Shown one piece after another: positions 49,550 through 60,255 of a stretch of DNA of 64,000 bases. Under the pieces are notes generated by a model. That model worked only from the letters and a program-made list of their open reading frames with translations. It had not been told where the DNA came from and did no database searches. Origin of the DNA: an uncultured Acidobacteriota bacterium (lineage in GTDB: Bacteria; Acidobacteriota; Blastocatellia; RBC074); the NCBI GenBank assembly GCA_963796275.1, contig CAWCKY010000002.1:719479-783478 (forward strand), written 5' to 3'. A program made the position numbers and the translations under genes. The first letter of the stretch is position 1, and the number at the start of each line of letters is the position of its first letter.

Positions 49550-52357
49550 ATGAGCACGGCGAAAGCGGAGCGCAGACAGACGGCTGCTTATCAATTACCG
49601 GTCAAGGAAGTCCTGGCCGCGTACGAAACAGATGGGCAGCGCGGTTTGAACGAAGGGGAAGCAAAGGCGCGGCTCGAAAGATACGGGTTGAACGAATTGA
49701 CGGGCGATGCGCCTGTCCCGGTGTGGCGGAAGTTCCTCGCCCAATTTCAAGATGTGCTCGTTGTCCTGCTGCTCATTGCGACCGTGATCTCGGCTGGACT
49801 CTGGTTTTACGAGCGCGAGTCGGCGCTACCCTATGAAGCGATTGCCATTTTTGCTGTTGTGCTCTTAAACGCCGTCATGGGTTACGTTCAGGAGGCGCGC
49901 GCCGAATCCGCGGTAGCTGCTTTGCGTCAGATGTCGGCGGCGCACGCCGGGGTCATTCGGGACGGCACGCGTCAGAGCATAGCGGCGAAAGAGCTCGTGC
50001 CCGGCGACATTATCCTGGTTGAAGAAGGCGACACCATTCCCGCCGATGCGCGCCTGATCCAGTCAACTGCCTTGCAAACAGCAGAGGCGGCGCTCACCGG
50101 CGAGAGCCTGCCGGTGTCGAAAGACACGCGCACTATTACTGATGAGACGGGCCTCGGCGACCGCCACAACATGATCTTCAGTGGCACAGCGGCCGTCTAC
50201 GGACGCGGAAAAGCGGTGGTCGTGGCAACCGGAATGGGAACCGAGATGGGGCGCATCGCCGGAATGCTGAAAGCCACCGCGGACGAGATCACCCCGCTGC
50301 AAAAGCAACTCGATCGCCTCAGCAAACTGCTGGGATTGATTGTCGTTGCGATCGCCATCGTGATGATCGCTACGATACTGCTGGCTGAGGAGGTGCGCGG
50401 CTTCTCGGCAATATTTGATGTGCTGATCCTGGGCGTGGCACTCGCGGTCGCGGCTGTGCCTGAGGGTCTGCCGGCGGTAGTGACGGCCGTCCTCTCCATC
50501 GGCGTGCAGCGTATGGCAAAGAGAAACGCGATCGTGCGTCACCTCGCGGCCGTCGAAACTCTCGGCTCGGCGAATGTCATCGCTTCCGATAAAACGGGGA
50601 CTCTGACGAAGAACGAGATGACGGTGCGGCGGATCGTCACCGCCAGCGGACGCGTCCGAGTAAGCGGCACGGGTTACGCCACTGAAGGCGATGTGAGCCG
50701 AGACGATGGAGGGGCGATCAATGAAGCGCTCAGGTTTGAACTGGTGCGCACGCTGGCCGCCGCCGACCGTGCCAGCAATGCTGTGTTGCAAGAGCGCGAC
50801 AGGCGCTGGACAGTGCAGGGCGACCCGACCGAAGGCGCATTGATCGTCGCGGCGCGCAAAGCGGGACTGGAGGCCGAATGCCTGGCCGAGAGATACGAGC
50901 GGGTGGGGGAAGTTCCTTTCTCGTCCGAGCGCAAGCTGATGAGCACGATTCATGCTTACGGAGCGAAGCAGCAACGCTTGCGCGTATTCACCAAGGGCGC
51001 GCCAGACGTATTACTGGCACGCTGCTCCAGCGAACTCGTGGGAGAAAAGGCGAGACCTCTGACGGACGAGCGGCGGGCGCAAATCTTGAAGACCAATGAA
51101 GAACTGGCCGGCGATGCTCTACGTACGCTCGGGGTAGCCTTCCGTTCATTGCCGGGAGTCGCGCTTGGAGAAGGAGAAGTCGATGACCGTGTCGAACAAG
51201 AGCTCGTCTTCTTAGGATTGATCGGCATGATCGATCCGCCGCGCGATGAAGCGAAGGATGCGGTTGCGCGGGCAAAGCGTGCCGGCATCCGTCCCGTGAT
51301 GATTACCGGCGATCATCCCATCACCGCCTCGGTCATCGCCAGTGAGCTCGGCATTACCGCCGGTGGACGTGCTGTTACCGGAGCAGAACTAGAAAAGATG
51401 CCGGACAACTTACTCGCGCGAGCGGTCAAAGAAGTGTCGGTCTATGCCCGCGTCAACCCTGAACACAAGCTGCGGATCGTCAAAGGTCTGCAACGCGAAG
51501 GGGCGGTGGTAGCCATGACCGGCGACGGCGTGAATGATGCGCCGGCACTCAAGACAGCCGACATCGGCGTGGCCATGGGCATCACCGGAACCGATGTTTC
51601 CAAAGAAGCCGCCGACATGATCCTGACGGATGACAACTTCGCCTCCATCGTCGCGGCAGTCGAAGAGGGACGCGCGATCTTCTCGAACATAAGAAAATTT
51701 TTGCGCTACCTGCTCTCCTCGAATATCGGTGAAGTGATGACGATGTTCTTCGGTGTCTTGCTGGCGAAGCTGATCGGCTTGCGGATCGAAGAGGGTGGGG
51801 TCGTGCTGCCGCTCCTGGCGACGCAGATACTCTGGATCAACCTGGTCACGGACGGCGCGCCAGCGCTCGCGCTTGGAGTCGATCCAGCGGACCCGGGCGT
51901 GATGACACAACAGCCGCGGCCGCAAGGTGAGGGAGTAATTACACGGCAGATGTGGTTTGGCATCTTCTTCGGCGGTGTAGTTATGGCCATGGGAACGCTG
52001 CTCATACTGGACGCCAGCATGCCTGGTGGCTTGATCGAAGGTTCAGGCAGTCTGCGCTATGGGCAGACAATGGCCTTCACGACCTTGATGATGTTTCAGA
52101 TGTTTAACGTCTTCAACGCGCGTTCCGAAGAGCAGAGCGCGTTCAACGGCCTCTTCCGGAATTCCTGGCTCTGGGGAGCGATCATCCTATCTATCACGCT
52201 ACAGATGGCAGTGATCTACCTCCCTTTTCTGCAACAATCGTTTTCCACCGTGAGCCTGGACCTGGGCGATTGGCTGCGTTGCGTGGCCGTAGCAAGCTCA
52301 GTACTATGGCTGCGCGAATTGGGTAAAATCGTTACCCGCGCGCAACATCGAGGATAA
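49550..52357 (+). CDS. Cation-transporting P-type ATPase (type IIA, Ca2+-like)
   Basis: TGES, PEGL, DKTGTLT, KGAP, DPPR, TGDGVNDAPAL, WINLVTDG. Confidence 0.96.
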   Translation: MSTAKAERRQTAAYQLPVKEVLAAYETDGQRGLNEGEAKARLERYGLNELTGDAPVPVWRKFLAQFQDVLVVLLLIATVISAGLWFYERESALPYEAIAIFAVVLLNAVMGYVQEARAESAVAALRQMSAAHAGVIRDGTRQSIAAKELVPGDIILVEEGDTIPADARLIQSTALQTAEAALTGESLPVSKDTRTITDETGLGDRHNMIFSGTAAVYGRGKAVVVATGMGTEMGRIAGMLKATADEITPLQKQLDRLSKLLGLIVVAIAIVMIATILLAEEVRGFSAIFDVLILGVALAVAAVPEGLPAVVTAVLSIGVQRMAKRNAIVRHLAAVETLGSANVIASDKTGTLTKNEMTVRRIVTASGRVRVSGTGYATEGDVSRDDGGAINEALRFELVRTLAAADRASNAVLQERDRRWTVQGDPTEGALIVAARKAGLEAECLAERYERVGEVPFSSERKLMSTIHAYGAKQQRLRVFTKGAPDVLLARCSSELVGEKARPLTDERRAQILKTNEELAGDALRTLGVAFRSLPGVALGEGEVDDRVEQELVFLGLIGMIDPPRDEAKDAVARAKRAGIRPVMITGDHPITASVIASELGITAGGRAVTGAELEKMPDNLLARAVKEVSVYARVNPEHKLRIVKGLQREGAVVAMTGDGVNDAPALKTADIGVAMGITGTDVSKEAADMILTDDNFASIVAAVEEGRAIFSNIRKFLRYLLSSNIGEVMTMFFGVLLAKLIGLRIEEGGVVLPLLATQILWINLVTDGAPALALGVDPADPGVMTQQPRPQGEGVITRQMWFGIFFGGVVMAMGTLLILDASMPGGLIEGSGSLRYGQTMAFTTLMMFQMFNVFNARSEEQSAFNGLFRNSWLWGAIILSITLQMAVIYLPFLQQSFSTVSLDLGDWLRCVAVASSVLWLRELGKIVTRAQHRG

Positions 52358-52360
52358 CGT

Positions 52361-52485
52361 CATGAGCTGCAACAACGCATTTACCGAGCCTCACGACGTG
52401 GCGATGTCAAAACAGTTCACAAACTTCAACGATTGATGATCAATTCAAGAGCGGTGAACTCTTGTCTGTCCGAAGGGTCACCCAG
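52361..52485 (+). mobile_element. Fragment of group II intron reverse transcriptase N-terminal domain
   Basis: LQQRIYRASRRGDVKTVHKLQRLMINSRA../LLSVRRVTQ*. Confidence 0.8.
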
Positions 52486-52508
52486 TAGCCAGGGAGGAAC
52501 AGAGGCTG

Positions 52509-52955
52509 AAGGCGGTAGATTGTTACAACGCCGGTGCGACTGTGTTGCACCTCCACGTGCGTGATCCAAGGACCGGTCACGGGTCAAAGAACTTCAACGA
52601 GTTCAACGAACAAATCGCGCGCCTGCCCAAAGCCGTACCGAAGATGATCATCCAAGTCGGCGGGTCGATCTCATTCGCCACAGACACCGACCAGGAAAAG
52701 GCGAAATGGCTGGGTACGACACACGGCACATGTTGACGGAGCTCGATCCGAAACCGGATCAGATCACGATAGTCATAGGTACTACGCAAATGAATGTCCT
52801 GGACCTCTCGACGCCGGACGATGTCCAGTGGACGCACCTCGCAAATCCGGCAATGCATGCCGCCTATCAGAACATGGTCGCCGACGCCAACCCTGAGTTC
52901 TACATCGAGCATCTGAAACGCCTGCGCCAGCAGGGGATCCAGCCGATGTTCGCGA
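52509..52955 (+). pseudogene. Internal fragment of BKACE (DUF849) gene
   Basis: KAVDCYNAGATVLHLHVRD...MIIQVGGSISFA / RHMLTELDPKPDQIT. Confidence 0.8.
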
Positions 52956-53454
52956 TGGCCCCGACCAGGCGGGCGGAGCGCATCCATGGACCACGATCGC
53001 GGCTTTCCCTGTCGAATATCAGCCGGATGAGGAAGGGCGGATCGTCGGCGCGGTTGTGATCAGTAAGTCAAACGACAAATCGCTAGAGGTCGGACAGGCG
53101 CGCACGCTGCTTCAATCCGTTGCTGGTGGGGGGACGGCGAGACAGCAGGCGACAATCGTTCTTGATCAAATTTTGCAACACATTTCCCCCACTGATTCTG
53201 CGGGGAGTGCCTGCGCGCCCATCCCCATGCGCAGCGTATGGAGCAGGCGCGGCGGCTGGTAAACAGGATCAAACAAGGTGTGATTGCGGGAATAGAGCGT
53301 GAAAAAGGTAAAAAAGCTTTGTTCGCTCTCGCTTCAGAGCGGGCGCCGCGTAGAATCGGCACCGTCGCCGATGAAGAAAGATACTGATCACAATTCAACT
53401 GACTCCGCAGAGATCGTATCACTTCCTGGCCTTTGGCCAAAGTTTCTCTCGCTT

Positions 53455-53550
53455 CCGTTCTTTGATAGTAAGTTCGCTCAAAGCCCTCAGGACTCTGGTA
53501 ACCCAAGGCCGAGCGCCGGAGCACACGGTTGTATTAACTTTCGGTGTAAA
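53455..53550 (-). mobile_element. IS3-family transposase C-terminal remnant
   Basis: YTES*YNRVLRRSALGYQSPEGFE resembles YN.RR.HS.LGY.SP..FE. Confidence 0.7.
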
Positions 53551-53554
53551 TGAA

Positions 53555-54439
53555 TTATGAAATAAACAATCTCGCATAGTCGCGGGCAAACGCAGCCACG
53601 TCCCGTGGCTCACTGCCAGTGACTTCGCGGACGGTAGGATGCACCTCCGCCGCCTCACCCCGGGCGTAGTGCGCATAGTCCTCTACCAGTCCGTCAACTT
53701 GCCAGGTCGGCGCCCCAAGCTTTCTCAACGCGCCTGAGAAGTCTGTTGGTGACACGTTGACAAATGTGACTTGGCGTCCAATCGCCTCAGAGATCGCGTG
53801 CGCAATCTCTGGGTGTGAGACCGCAGCCGGTCCCGTAATTGTATATGTCTTGCCGACATGCCCTGGCTCGGTCAGTGCGGCCGCCGCAACCAAGGCAATG
53901 TCACGAACGTCAACGGCGCTAACACGCGCCTCGCCAATTGGCGCAAAGAATCTCCCCTCATTCGCGATCATCGCTTGAAATGCTAAGAGTCCCTGAAAGA
54001 AGAGATTGGGTCGCAGGAACGTATAGCCGAGGCCGAGTTCACGTATCCGTCGTTCGACCACTCCGTGATAGCGAAGGAATCGGACTGGAGAGGCCTCATC
54101 GGCGGCGAACTGCGACAACTTGACGATATGCTTCACATTGGCCGCTGCCGCAAGCTCCGCAAACCGAATCTGCTGCGCCTCAGCATTGATGGAAGACGGT
54201 GTGACGAGGTAAACACTGTCAACTCCGTCCAATGCCGACGCGATGGAGTTGGCGTCGTCGAAGTCGCCGATCACAATTGAAGCCGATGTCCTACCCAGTT
54301 TGGCAAGGTCGTGCTCGCGACGAATCATCGCCCGCACCGCAACACCGCGATCTTCCAACAAACGTAGCAGAACTGTGCCTGTATTGCCTGTCGCTCCTGT
54401 AATCAGAACTCTATTCGTAGACGGCATGGTCATGCTCAT
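53555..54439 (-). CDS. NmrA-like atypical SDR
   Basis: VLITGATGNTG, FLRPNLFFQ, VDVRDIA, YTITGP. Confidence 0.92.
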   Translation of the reverse strand: MSMTMPSTNRVLITGATGNTGTVLLRLLEDRGVAVRAMIRREHDLAKLGRTSASIVIGDFDDANSIASALDGVDSVYLVTPSSINAEAQQIRFAELAAAANVKHIVKLSQFAADEASPVRFLRYHGVVERRIRELGLGYTFLRPNLFFQGLLAFQAMIANEGRFFAPIGEARVSAVDVRDIALVAAAALTEPGHVGKTYTITGPAAVSHPEIAHAISEAIGRQVTFVNVSPTDFSGALRKLGAPTWQVDGLVEDYAHYARGEAAEVHPTVREVTGSEPRDVAAFARDYARLFIS

Positions 54440-54476
54440 TCTCCTTTATTTATCTGTCCTTCCAGAGTATATTCTC

Positions 54477-54507
54477 AATGAACATTGTTCAGTGAACAGT
54501 GTTCATT
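54477..54507. promoter_or_regulatory. Tandem TetR operator
   Basis: TGAACATTGTTCA-G-TGAACAGTGTTCA between divergent nmrA and tetR. Confidence 0.85.
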
Positions 54508-54546
54508 ATAAATCCAAATCGACCGATGTCAATATTTATTTGACCT

Positions 54547-55176
54547 ATGAAAAAAGTGATTGCGAGAAAAGAAGACGAAAAAGCGAAGCTGAAAGCGAAG
54601 ATTCTGGAAACGGCGAGAGAGATCGTGATCCGCGAAGGCTTCGGAGCGCTCAGCATCCGCAAACTAGCCCAGAAAATCGGGTATGCGCCCGGTAATATTT
54701 ATCTTTACTTTGCCGGGCGTGATGAGATCGCACGAGAAATCTGCCGTCAGAGTTATGCCGAAATGCTAGCGGCATTTGAGCAGGCGGCGAGCGTCAAAGA
54801 TCCAATGGAACGTCTCAAGGCACTGCTCAAATCGTATGCTGATTTTGCCGAATCGCAACCTGAAACGTACAAGCTGGCGTTTATGCAAGACCCTAAATTT
54901 AATGAGGAGATGTTTCGGCAAACGGCAATAGATGAAGAAAACGGCGCGGGACACCGGGCATTTTGCTTAATCGTAGATGCACTCGATGATTTAAAACAAA
55001 GCAGGAAGATCGATAAGCGGGCGAATACAAGACAATTAGCCGAAATGTTGTGGGCCGGGCTCCATGGAGTCGTTAGTCTTAAACTGATTTACCCAGCTTT
55101 TCCTGCAACCCCAACACCCAAGCTCGTCATAACTATGATTCGAACCTTACTTAATGGACTTCGAGTTGAGCGCTGA
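54547..55176 (+). CDS. TetR-family regulator (WHG-type C-domain)
   Basis: ILETAREI...G...LSIRKLA.KIGYAPG.IY.YF; WAGLHGVVSL. Confidence 0.93.
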   Translation: MKKVIARKEDEKAKLKAKILETAREIVIREGFGALSIRKLAQKIGYAPGNIYLYFAGRDEIAREICRQSYAEMLAAFEQAASVKDPMERLKALLKSYADFAESQPETYKLAFMQDPKFNEEMFRQTAIDEENGAGHRAFCLIVDALDDLKQSRKIDKRANTRQLAEMLWAGLHGVVSLKLIYPAFPATPTPKLVITMIRTLLNGLRVER

Positions 55177-55278
55177 AGTTCGTACTTTGATTTTTTTCAA
55201 GGCCAAATAGTGTAGCTTTTAGACCGCCTCGTCGTTGGGGAACAGGCTCCGATTCTTCATCTGGGAAACAAAACTGCT

Positions 55279-55398
55279 AAGGTGCCATTTGTCAAGAAAC
55301 GGCTTCAGACCAGTTTCATCTTTGAGGCGAGCCGCAATTATCTCAACCTATTCTATGTCGCTGTCATGATAAGACAAAAAGACATCGTATGTTTTCGG
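55279..55398 (-). pseudogene. TIR-domain N-terminal remnant
   Basis: YDVFLSYHDSDIE*VEIIAARLKDETGLKPFLDKWHL. Confidence 0.7.
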
Positions 55399-55724
55399 TT
55401 GGCGGGTTGTCTTGGGTATAAGCGAAAGGTCTTGTGTTTGATAACTTTTTTACTACCGTAATGCTCAATCCTCATTAATGATCCATCGTTTATCATTTTC
55501 ATCCGGGAGGGATTTGTCAATGACCCTGAGTGCACTCCTTTTCATTGTGAGGTCGAGTAGGAAGCTGATAGAGTAGGTCGCCGAAGATCTGGCGTGTTTC
55601 TTTGGCGTGGTGGCGTGGCTTTGAGAACTAACGATATGCATGCCGGAAGTGAAAATCCCAACTACTCGCAATGATAAACCACCGACCAAACAACTGATAT
55701 GAATTATGCAACGGGAAAACAACT

Positions 55725-57181
55725 ATGAGTATTTTTGATGGCTCGGTGGGATGGGGAATGTTGGCGCTGCTTTTTATCTGTCTCACTATTGCGCTCACCT
55801 TCGAGTTCGTAAACGGATTTCACGATACGGCCAACGCGGTCGCAACCGTGATATACACCAAATCCCTGAAACCTTGGGTGGCGGTGATATGGTCAGGATT
55901 TATGAATTTCCTCGGCGTGCTGCTGGGCGGAGCGGCGGTCGCCTTCAGCATCGTGCATCTGCTGCCAGTTGATTTACTGATCAACATCGGTAAGAAGGCC
56001 GGGTTGCTGATGGTGCTATCGCTGCTCATCTCGGCCATTATCTGGAACTTAGGGACGTGGTATTTCGGCCTGCCTTCCTCTAGCTCACACGCATTGATCG
56101 GCTCAATCATTGGCGTCGGCTTAGCCAGTTCGCTCTTTTCGGGGCATGGGCTCGGCAGCGGCGTGAATTGGTCGAAGGCGCAGCAGGTAGGATTTTCGTT
56201 ATTGCTCTCGCCGCTGGTTGGATTTCTGCTGGCCGGCGGATTGCTGCTCTTGAGCAAAGCGTTATTGAAAAACCGCAGCCTTTATGAAGAACCGCGCGGC
56301 GATCAGCCGCCTCCACTGTGGATTCGCGCCATCCTCTTCTTGACTGTACGGGTGTGAGTTTCGCGCACGGCTCGAACGATGGGCAGAAGGGCGTCGGCCT
56401 AATTATGCTGATCTTGATCGGCATCCCGTCACACTACGCGATCAACACGAGATTGGGCGCCGCCGAGGTCGGCAAAACTCTGGCTGACATTGAACAGGTA
56501 GAGTCGATCCTCGCTCGATCAGGGGGAGAGGCGACGCGCGCTGTGAGTGACGATTTATCGCAGATTCGCACGGCCTTGAGCGATCCCGCCGGGGTGAAAA
56601 GCCTGTCCCCGCAGGCGCGCATCGACCTGCGCAATCTCGTCCTCCGTGCGGACGAAGAACTGGGACAATTCGAGAAGGACCAAATCACATTCCTGTCGCT
56701 GGCCGACAAAGAGGCTCTCAAGCAGTTGCGCTCGCAGATGCGTGGCGTGGTTGATTTCGTAGTGACCTGGGTGATAGTGGCGGTCGCGCTAGCATTGGGG
56801 ATCGGCACCACCGTTGGCTGGAAGCGAGTGGTCGTCACGGTCGGCGAGCGGATTGGCAAGACGCATCTGAGTTACGCGCAGGGCGCATCAGCGGAACTTG
56901 TAGCGATGTCCACCATCGCCTCCGCCGACATTTTCGGATTGCCCGTCAGCACCACACACGTCCTTTCATCCGGCGTGGCAGGTACAATGGCGGCTAATTT
57001 GTCCGGCCTGCAGATGCGTACAATCCGTAACATCGCACTGGCTTGGTTACTCACATTACCGGTCACAATCTTGCTCGCCGCAGCGCTCTTCGCAAGTACA
57101 GCGAGGGGCGCGCTCAATGGGATTGGCGCTCCACCTCCGATGGCGCCACGTCAGGAGCGGGTGCTCCCTAAATTGGAATAG
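55725..57181 (+). CDS. pitA: Inorganic phosphate transporter (Pit), frameshift ~56340
   Basis: NGFHDTANAVAT, GLPSSSSHAL, FAHGSNDGQK, GLPVSTTH. Confidence 0.9.
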
Positions 57182-57489
57182 CGGGACATCTAATCCTCCG
57201 GGTCCCAAGTGAGAGCAATCTCCCAATCTTCATTACTGACGATAAATTCGTAGTCAGCCTTCCCCACGTGAGCCGCAAGGTCCTGGGCTATGCCACCTGC
57301 ACCGATTTGCACTCTTATCCTTCGCCAAAAAATCATCCGAATCCAAAATGCCTCGCCTGGGTCTCATGTAACCTAGCTGGGCGACGTTACATCACATTTC
57401 TCAAGTTGCTGAAACTACAGGTGAACGAGTTTTGCCAGAGGACAACCTCCAATAGTGAGGAGACCATCTGCCAGAAACTGCACGAAGCC

Positions 57490-57685
57490 TTAAATGTGCG
57501 AGATTCCGGTAACTTGATTGCGGACAATCTCAACGAATTTCTTTAAGGCGGGAAGCTTATTGTCCTCCCTCCAAATGGCAGACAACTCCATGGTGAGCCG
57601 CAGATCTTCAACTTCCCTTAATACTATGGTGTCGGGCTTCCTTCTCTCTGACGATTTGAATGTGAAAGTGAGCCCGATCCCTGTG
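57490..57685 (-). pseudogene. LysR-type regulator C-terminal remnant
   Basis: GIGLTF...IVLREVEDL...LSAIWREDNKLPALKKFVEIV. Confidence 0.6.
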
Positions 57686-57865
57686 AAAGGCAGCGAACAG
57701 GGGCGGATTGTCCCGTAGTAGTGAAGAAGTGGGGTAATGCCCATGGAACGAAGGGGACAACTCAGGCAGATCGAAGCTAAGCTCAACCAGCAAAGGGAGG
57801 AACAGAAGCTATAAACCGCAGGATGGCTGCTGCAAGCCTGAGAAGAGCCGGACGACGCGAGAGTC
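57686..57865 (+). ncRNA. ORF-less group II intron fragment (domain III to start of domain V)
   Basis: GCGGATTGTCCCGTAGTAGTGAAGAAGTGGGGTAATGCCCATGGAACGAAGGGGACAAC (DIII), CAACCAGCAAAGGGAGGAAC (DIVa-like), GAGCCGGACGACGCGAGAGT (5' half of DV). Confidence 0.7.
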
Positions 57866-57984
57866 TGCTCCTTGGGTTTTGTTATCAGGCGTTTGGAGTT
57901 TTAGCCATGAGCAATAAATCGCTACAGATTATTACAGGCTTTTTGGCTCTCCTAGCCTAAACTGCGCGCAGTATAGGGGATGGT

Positions 57985-58389
57985 TCATCCACTCCTTACC
58001 CATCGAACGCAGTGCTGTTCGATCAGGTAATCAATCATTTCCGGTAATAGTCGAACATCATCCGGTTTGCGAAGAATGGCCGTGGCCCCTACTCGCAGTG
58101 ACTCCTCCTCCTGGGCTGTATCCATAACAAGCGCGATGATCGGCGGCGCGCCAATATTGGCCGATTCACTCAGTTGTCTGATTAAGGCCAGCCGTTCCGA
58201 GGGAGGCCAATGCAAATCTATCAATATAATGTCAGGCTCGAGCCAGTTTAGCCGCTCAACTAATGAAGAATCGCCTTGGAGGGTTACGACTTCCACGCCA
58301 GCGTTTTCCAGCAGGAATCGCATCAGCCAGCGCATATCCGTATCTTCTTCTATAAGTACGGCCACTGCTTTCACAAGGCCCTGCTTCAT
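57985..58389 (-). CDS. Single-domain response regulator
   Basis: LIEEDTD, PDIILID, PIIAL, LRKP. Confidence 0.75.
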   Translation of the reverse strand: MKQGLVKAVAVLIEEDTDMRWLMRFLLENAGVEVVTLQGDSSLVERLNWLEPDIILIDLHWPPSERLALIRQLSESANIGAPPIIALVMDTAQEEESLRVGATAILRKPDDVRLLPEMIDYLIEQHCVRWVRSG

Positions 58390-58738
58390 TCTATTCGTAC
58401 AGACCTCAACTCTATCGTAATTCTTCGGACAACTACTTGCCCCTCTCCTTCCTTATTCAGCATTGGCACAAATGAGGCGACAGTCTTCCTCAATCAGCGC
58501 TGTCAATACATCTTCCAATTCGGATACACCGATTTCAGATCGTTTCATCCATCTCAGTGCGTGCGTGGCACGAAGATGAACTCGGGCGCGATGCTGGGTA
58601 GGCACGGGCTCAGCCCAAAAGGACTAGGTTAATTAGATGCCGACTCCGGATTTTACTATAACCTGTTGTTGCTTGTCTTCAGGCTTACGCAAGGGGCTAT
58701 TCGGAAATTTGAGATGTCATTTCGTTCGATGATAGAGG

Positions 58739-58854
58739 CTGTCGTTCGCCAAAACACGATATAAATTCTCTTTCTAAGTCCTTAACATGTTAATTGCCGC
58801 TATTAATCTTCGCGAATCTCAGATGTTATCTGTGAGAGTTTTGGCGAACGACAG
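58739..58854. repeat. 116-bp element with perfect 17-bp terminal inverted repeats (MITE-like)
   Basis: CTGTCGTTCGCCAAAAC ... GTTTTGGCGAACGACAG around an 82-bp AT-rich core. Confidence 0.75.
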
Positions 58855-58911
58855 GAAGTCGTTCCCGGCTGGAGTCTCTCAGTGCCGGACATCTTCGCTC
58901 AGCCTTAAGAT

Positions 58912-60255
58912 TTAGAATCCTCGCGACACCGAGAAATAGGCGCGGGTATTTTCATTACAGTGGCCAATATCGACGCGGAACGCGAAGTTCTTGCTCATCC
59001 GATATTGCGCGCCGCCCCCAACGCCGGTGCGCCAATTACTCTTACTCATATTATCGTTAGCCAGCACTTGCGGGTTGGTCGTCGAGCGGTTGTCGCCCCA
59101 GACCTGGCCGACGTCGCCGAAAGCAAAGACATCCACCCCTTTGGTCTCTGACTGCTTCCACACCGTCTTGCGCGGTTCGACGGAGAAGAGCACCAGGTTG
59201 TTAGCGCGGAAGCGATAGTTGTCAAAACCCCGGACCTGACTGCGTCCTCCGATCCATGGCAGAAGATAGAACGGTATCTGGCTCCCGCCCTTCGGATCGA
59301 GCAGTTCGGTAAAAGCCCGCAGAGCTACCGAGGTGAAGTCGCTTCCCAGGGGAAGGTAGGCGCGCCCGTCGAGACTGACCTCGTTCCAACCGAAATCGGA
59401 GAATGTGTCATTAGCCAGGCCATCGATCGAACCATAACGGCCATATAAATAGGAGCCCCTCGTAAGCCCTACCGAATTGTTGCGCCCGTCGTATTCAACA
59501 AATGCGCCGTAGGAGATCAGTTTGGCATTTGTGTTAAGTCCCGGCAGCCAGCGTGTGATCGGCATCACTGTCGGTTGGCCTGAATAAAGTACGTTGATCG
59601 GCACTTCGCTTTCATCCTCGCCATTATAAGCGGCGGAGTTGATCAGGCTAAAGTATATCCCCGATTGTAGTTGCGTAGTGAAATCGCGATAGAGCGTTGC
59701 ATTATAGGTTCGATATTCGCTGGCATAGTTGGTCTCCGGCACTTCCGGTGTGTCGGGGCCGATGCCGAAGAAGTTGTCGCGCAAACGATGGATGTAGTTG
59801 AACCAGATGTCAGCGTTTGTCTTTTTATCGCCGATCGATGGAATATATGCCTCGGCTTCGAGGCGCCGGTAGAACCGGGTCGAGATTACAAACCTGCCGC
59901 GGAATTCCACTCCCGGAATCTTATCCGCAGTCGTCAATTCGAGACCAAGTCCAAGGCCTGCGCCCTGCTCGAAACCGCTCACAAGGGCGTTGAGGTGTTT
60001 TATGATTCTGAAAGCATCGAGATTGTCGCGGCGCGGAGCATTGCGGTCGCGCGATTCGTAGCGGCCGCTGACTTGTGAAAGGGCCTGTTGCTGTGGGCCG
60101 CCGCCTGTGGGATTGCCGCTATTGTTCCCTCCAGCGTCGTCTCCGCCCCTGCTCATCCCAGCATCCGGGGTGGATTGAGCCAGGCAGTGCGGGATGCATG
60201 CGGTGGCTGCGAGTAAGACCAGTCCTGCATTTACCAAAATTTTCCGAAAGGTCAT
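58912..60255 (-). CDS. Omp85/BamA-TamA family barrel without POTRA domains
   Basis: Signal peptide; IPFY.LP.IGG.SQVRGFDNYRF; amphipathic strands; C-terminal F. Confidence 0.82.
   Translation of the reverse strand: MTFRKILVNAGLVLLAATACIPHCLAQSTPDAGMSRGGDDAGGNNSGNPTGGGPQQQALSQVSGRYESRDRNAPRRDNLDAFRIIKHLNALVSGFEQGAGLGLGLELTTADKIPGVEFRGRFVISTRFYRRLEAEAYIPSIGDKKTNADIWFNYIHRLRDNFFGIGPDTPEVPETNYASEYRTYNATLYRDFTTQLQSGIYFSLINSAAYNGEDESEVPINVLYSGQPTVMPITRWLPGLNTNAKLISYGAFVEYDGRNNSVGLTRGSYLYGRYGSIDGLANDTFSDFGWNEVSLDGRAYLPLGSDFTSVALRAFTELLDPKGGSQIPFYLLPWIGGRSQVRGFDNYRFRANNLVLFSVEPRKTVWKQSETKGVDVFAFGDVGQVWGDNRSTTNPQVLANDNMSKSNWRTGVGGGAQYRMSKNFAFRVDIGHCNENTRAYFSVSRGF

Noticed and set aside
47394-52020. 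Long antisense ORFs (e.g. 47394-48044, 48587-49267, 50063-50974)
   Set aside because: Shadow ORFs of GC-rich genes that have clear family motifs on the other strand
52361-52485. Retron, DGR or other RT-based system
   Set aside because: Only ~40 codons of an intron-type N-terminal domain; no catalytic YADD core or associated repeats
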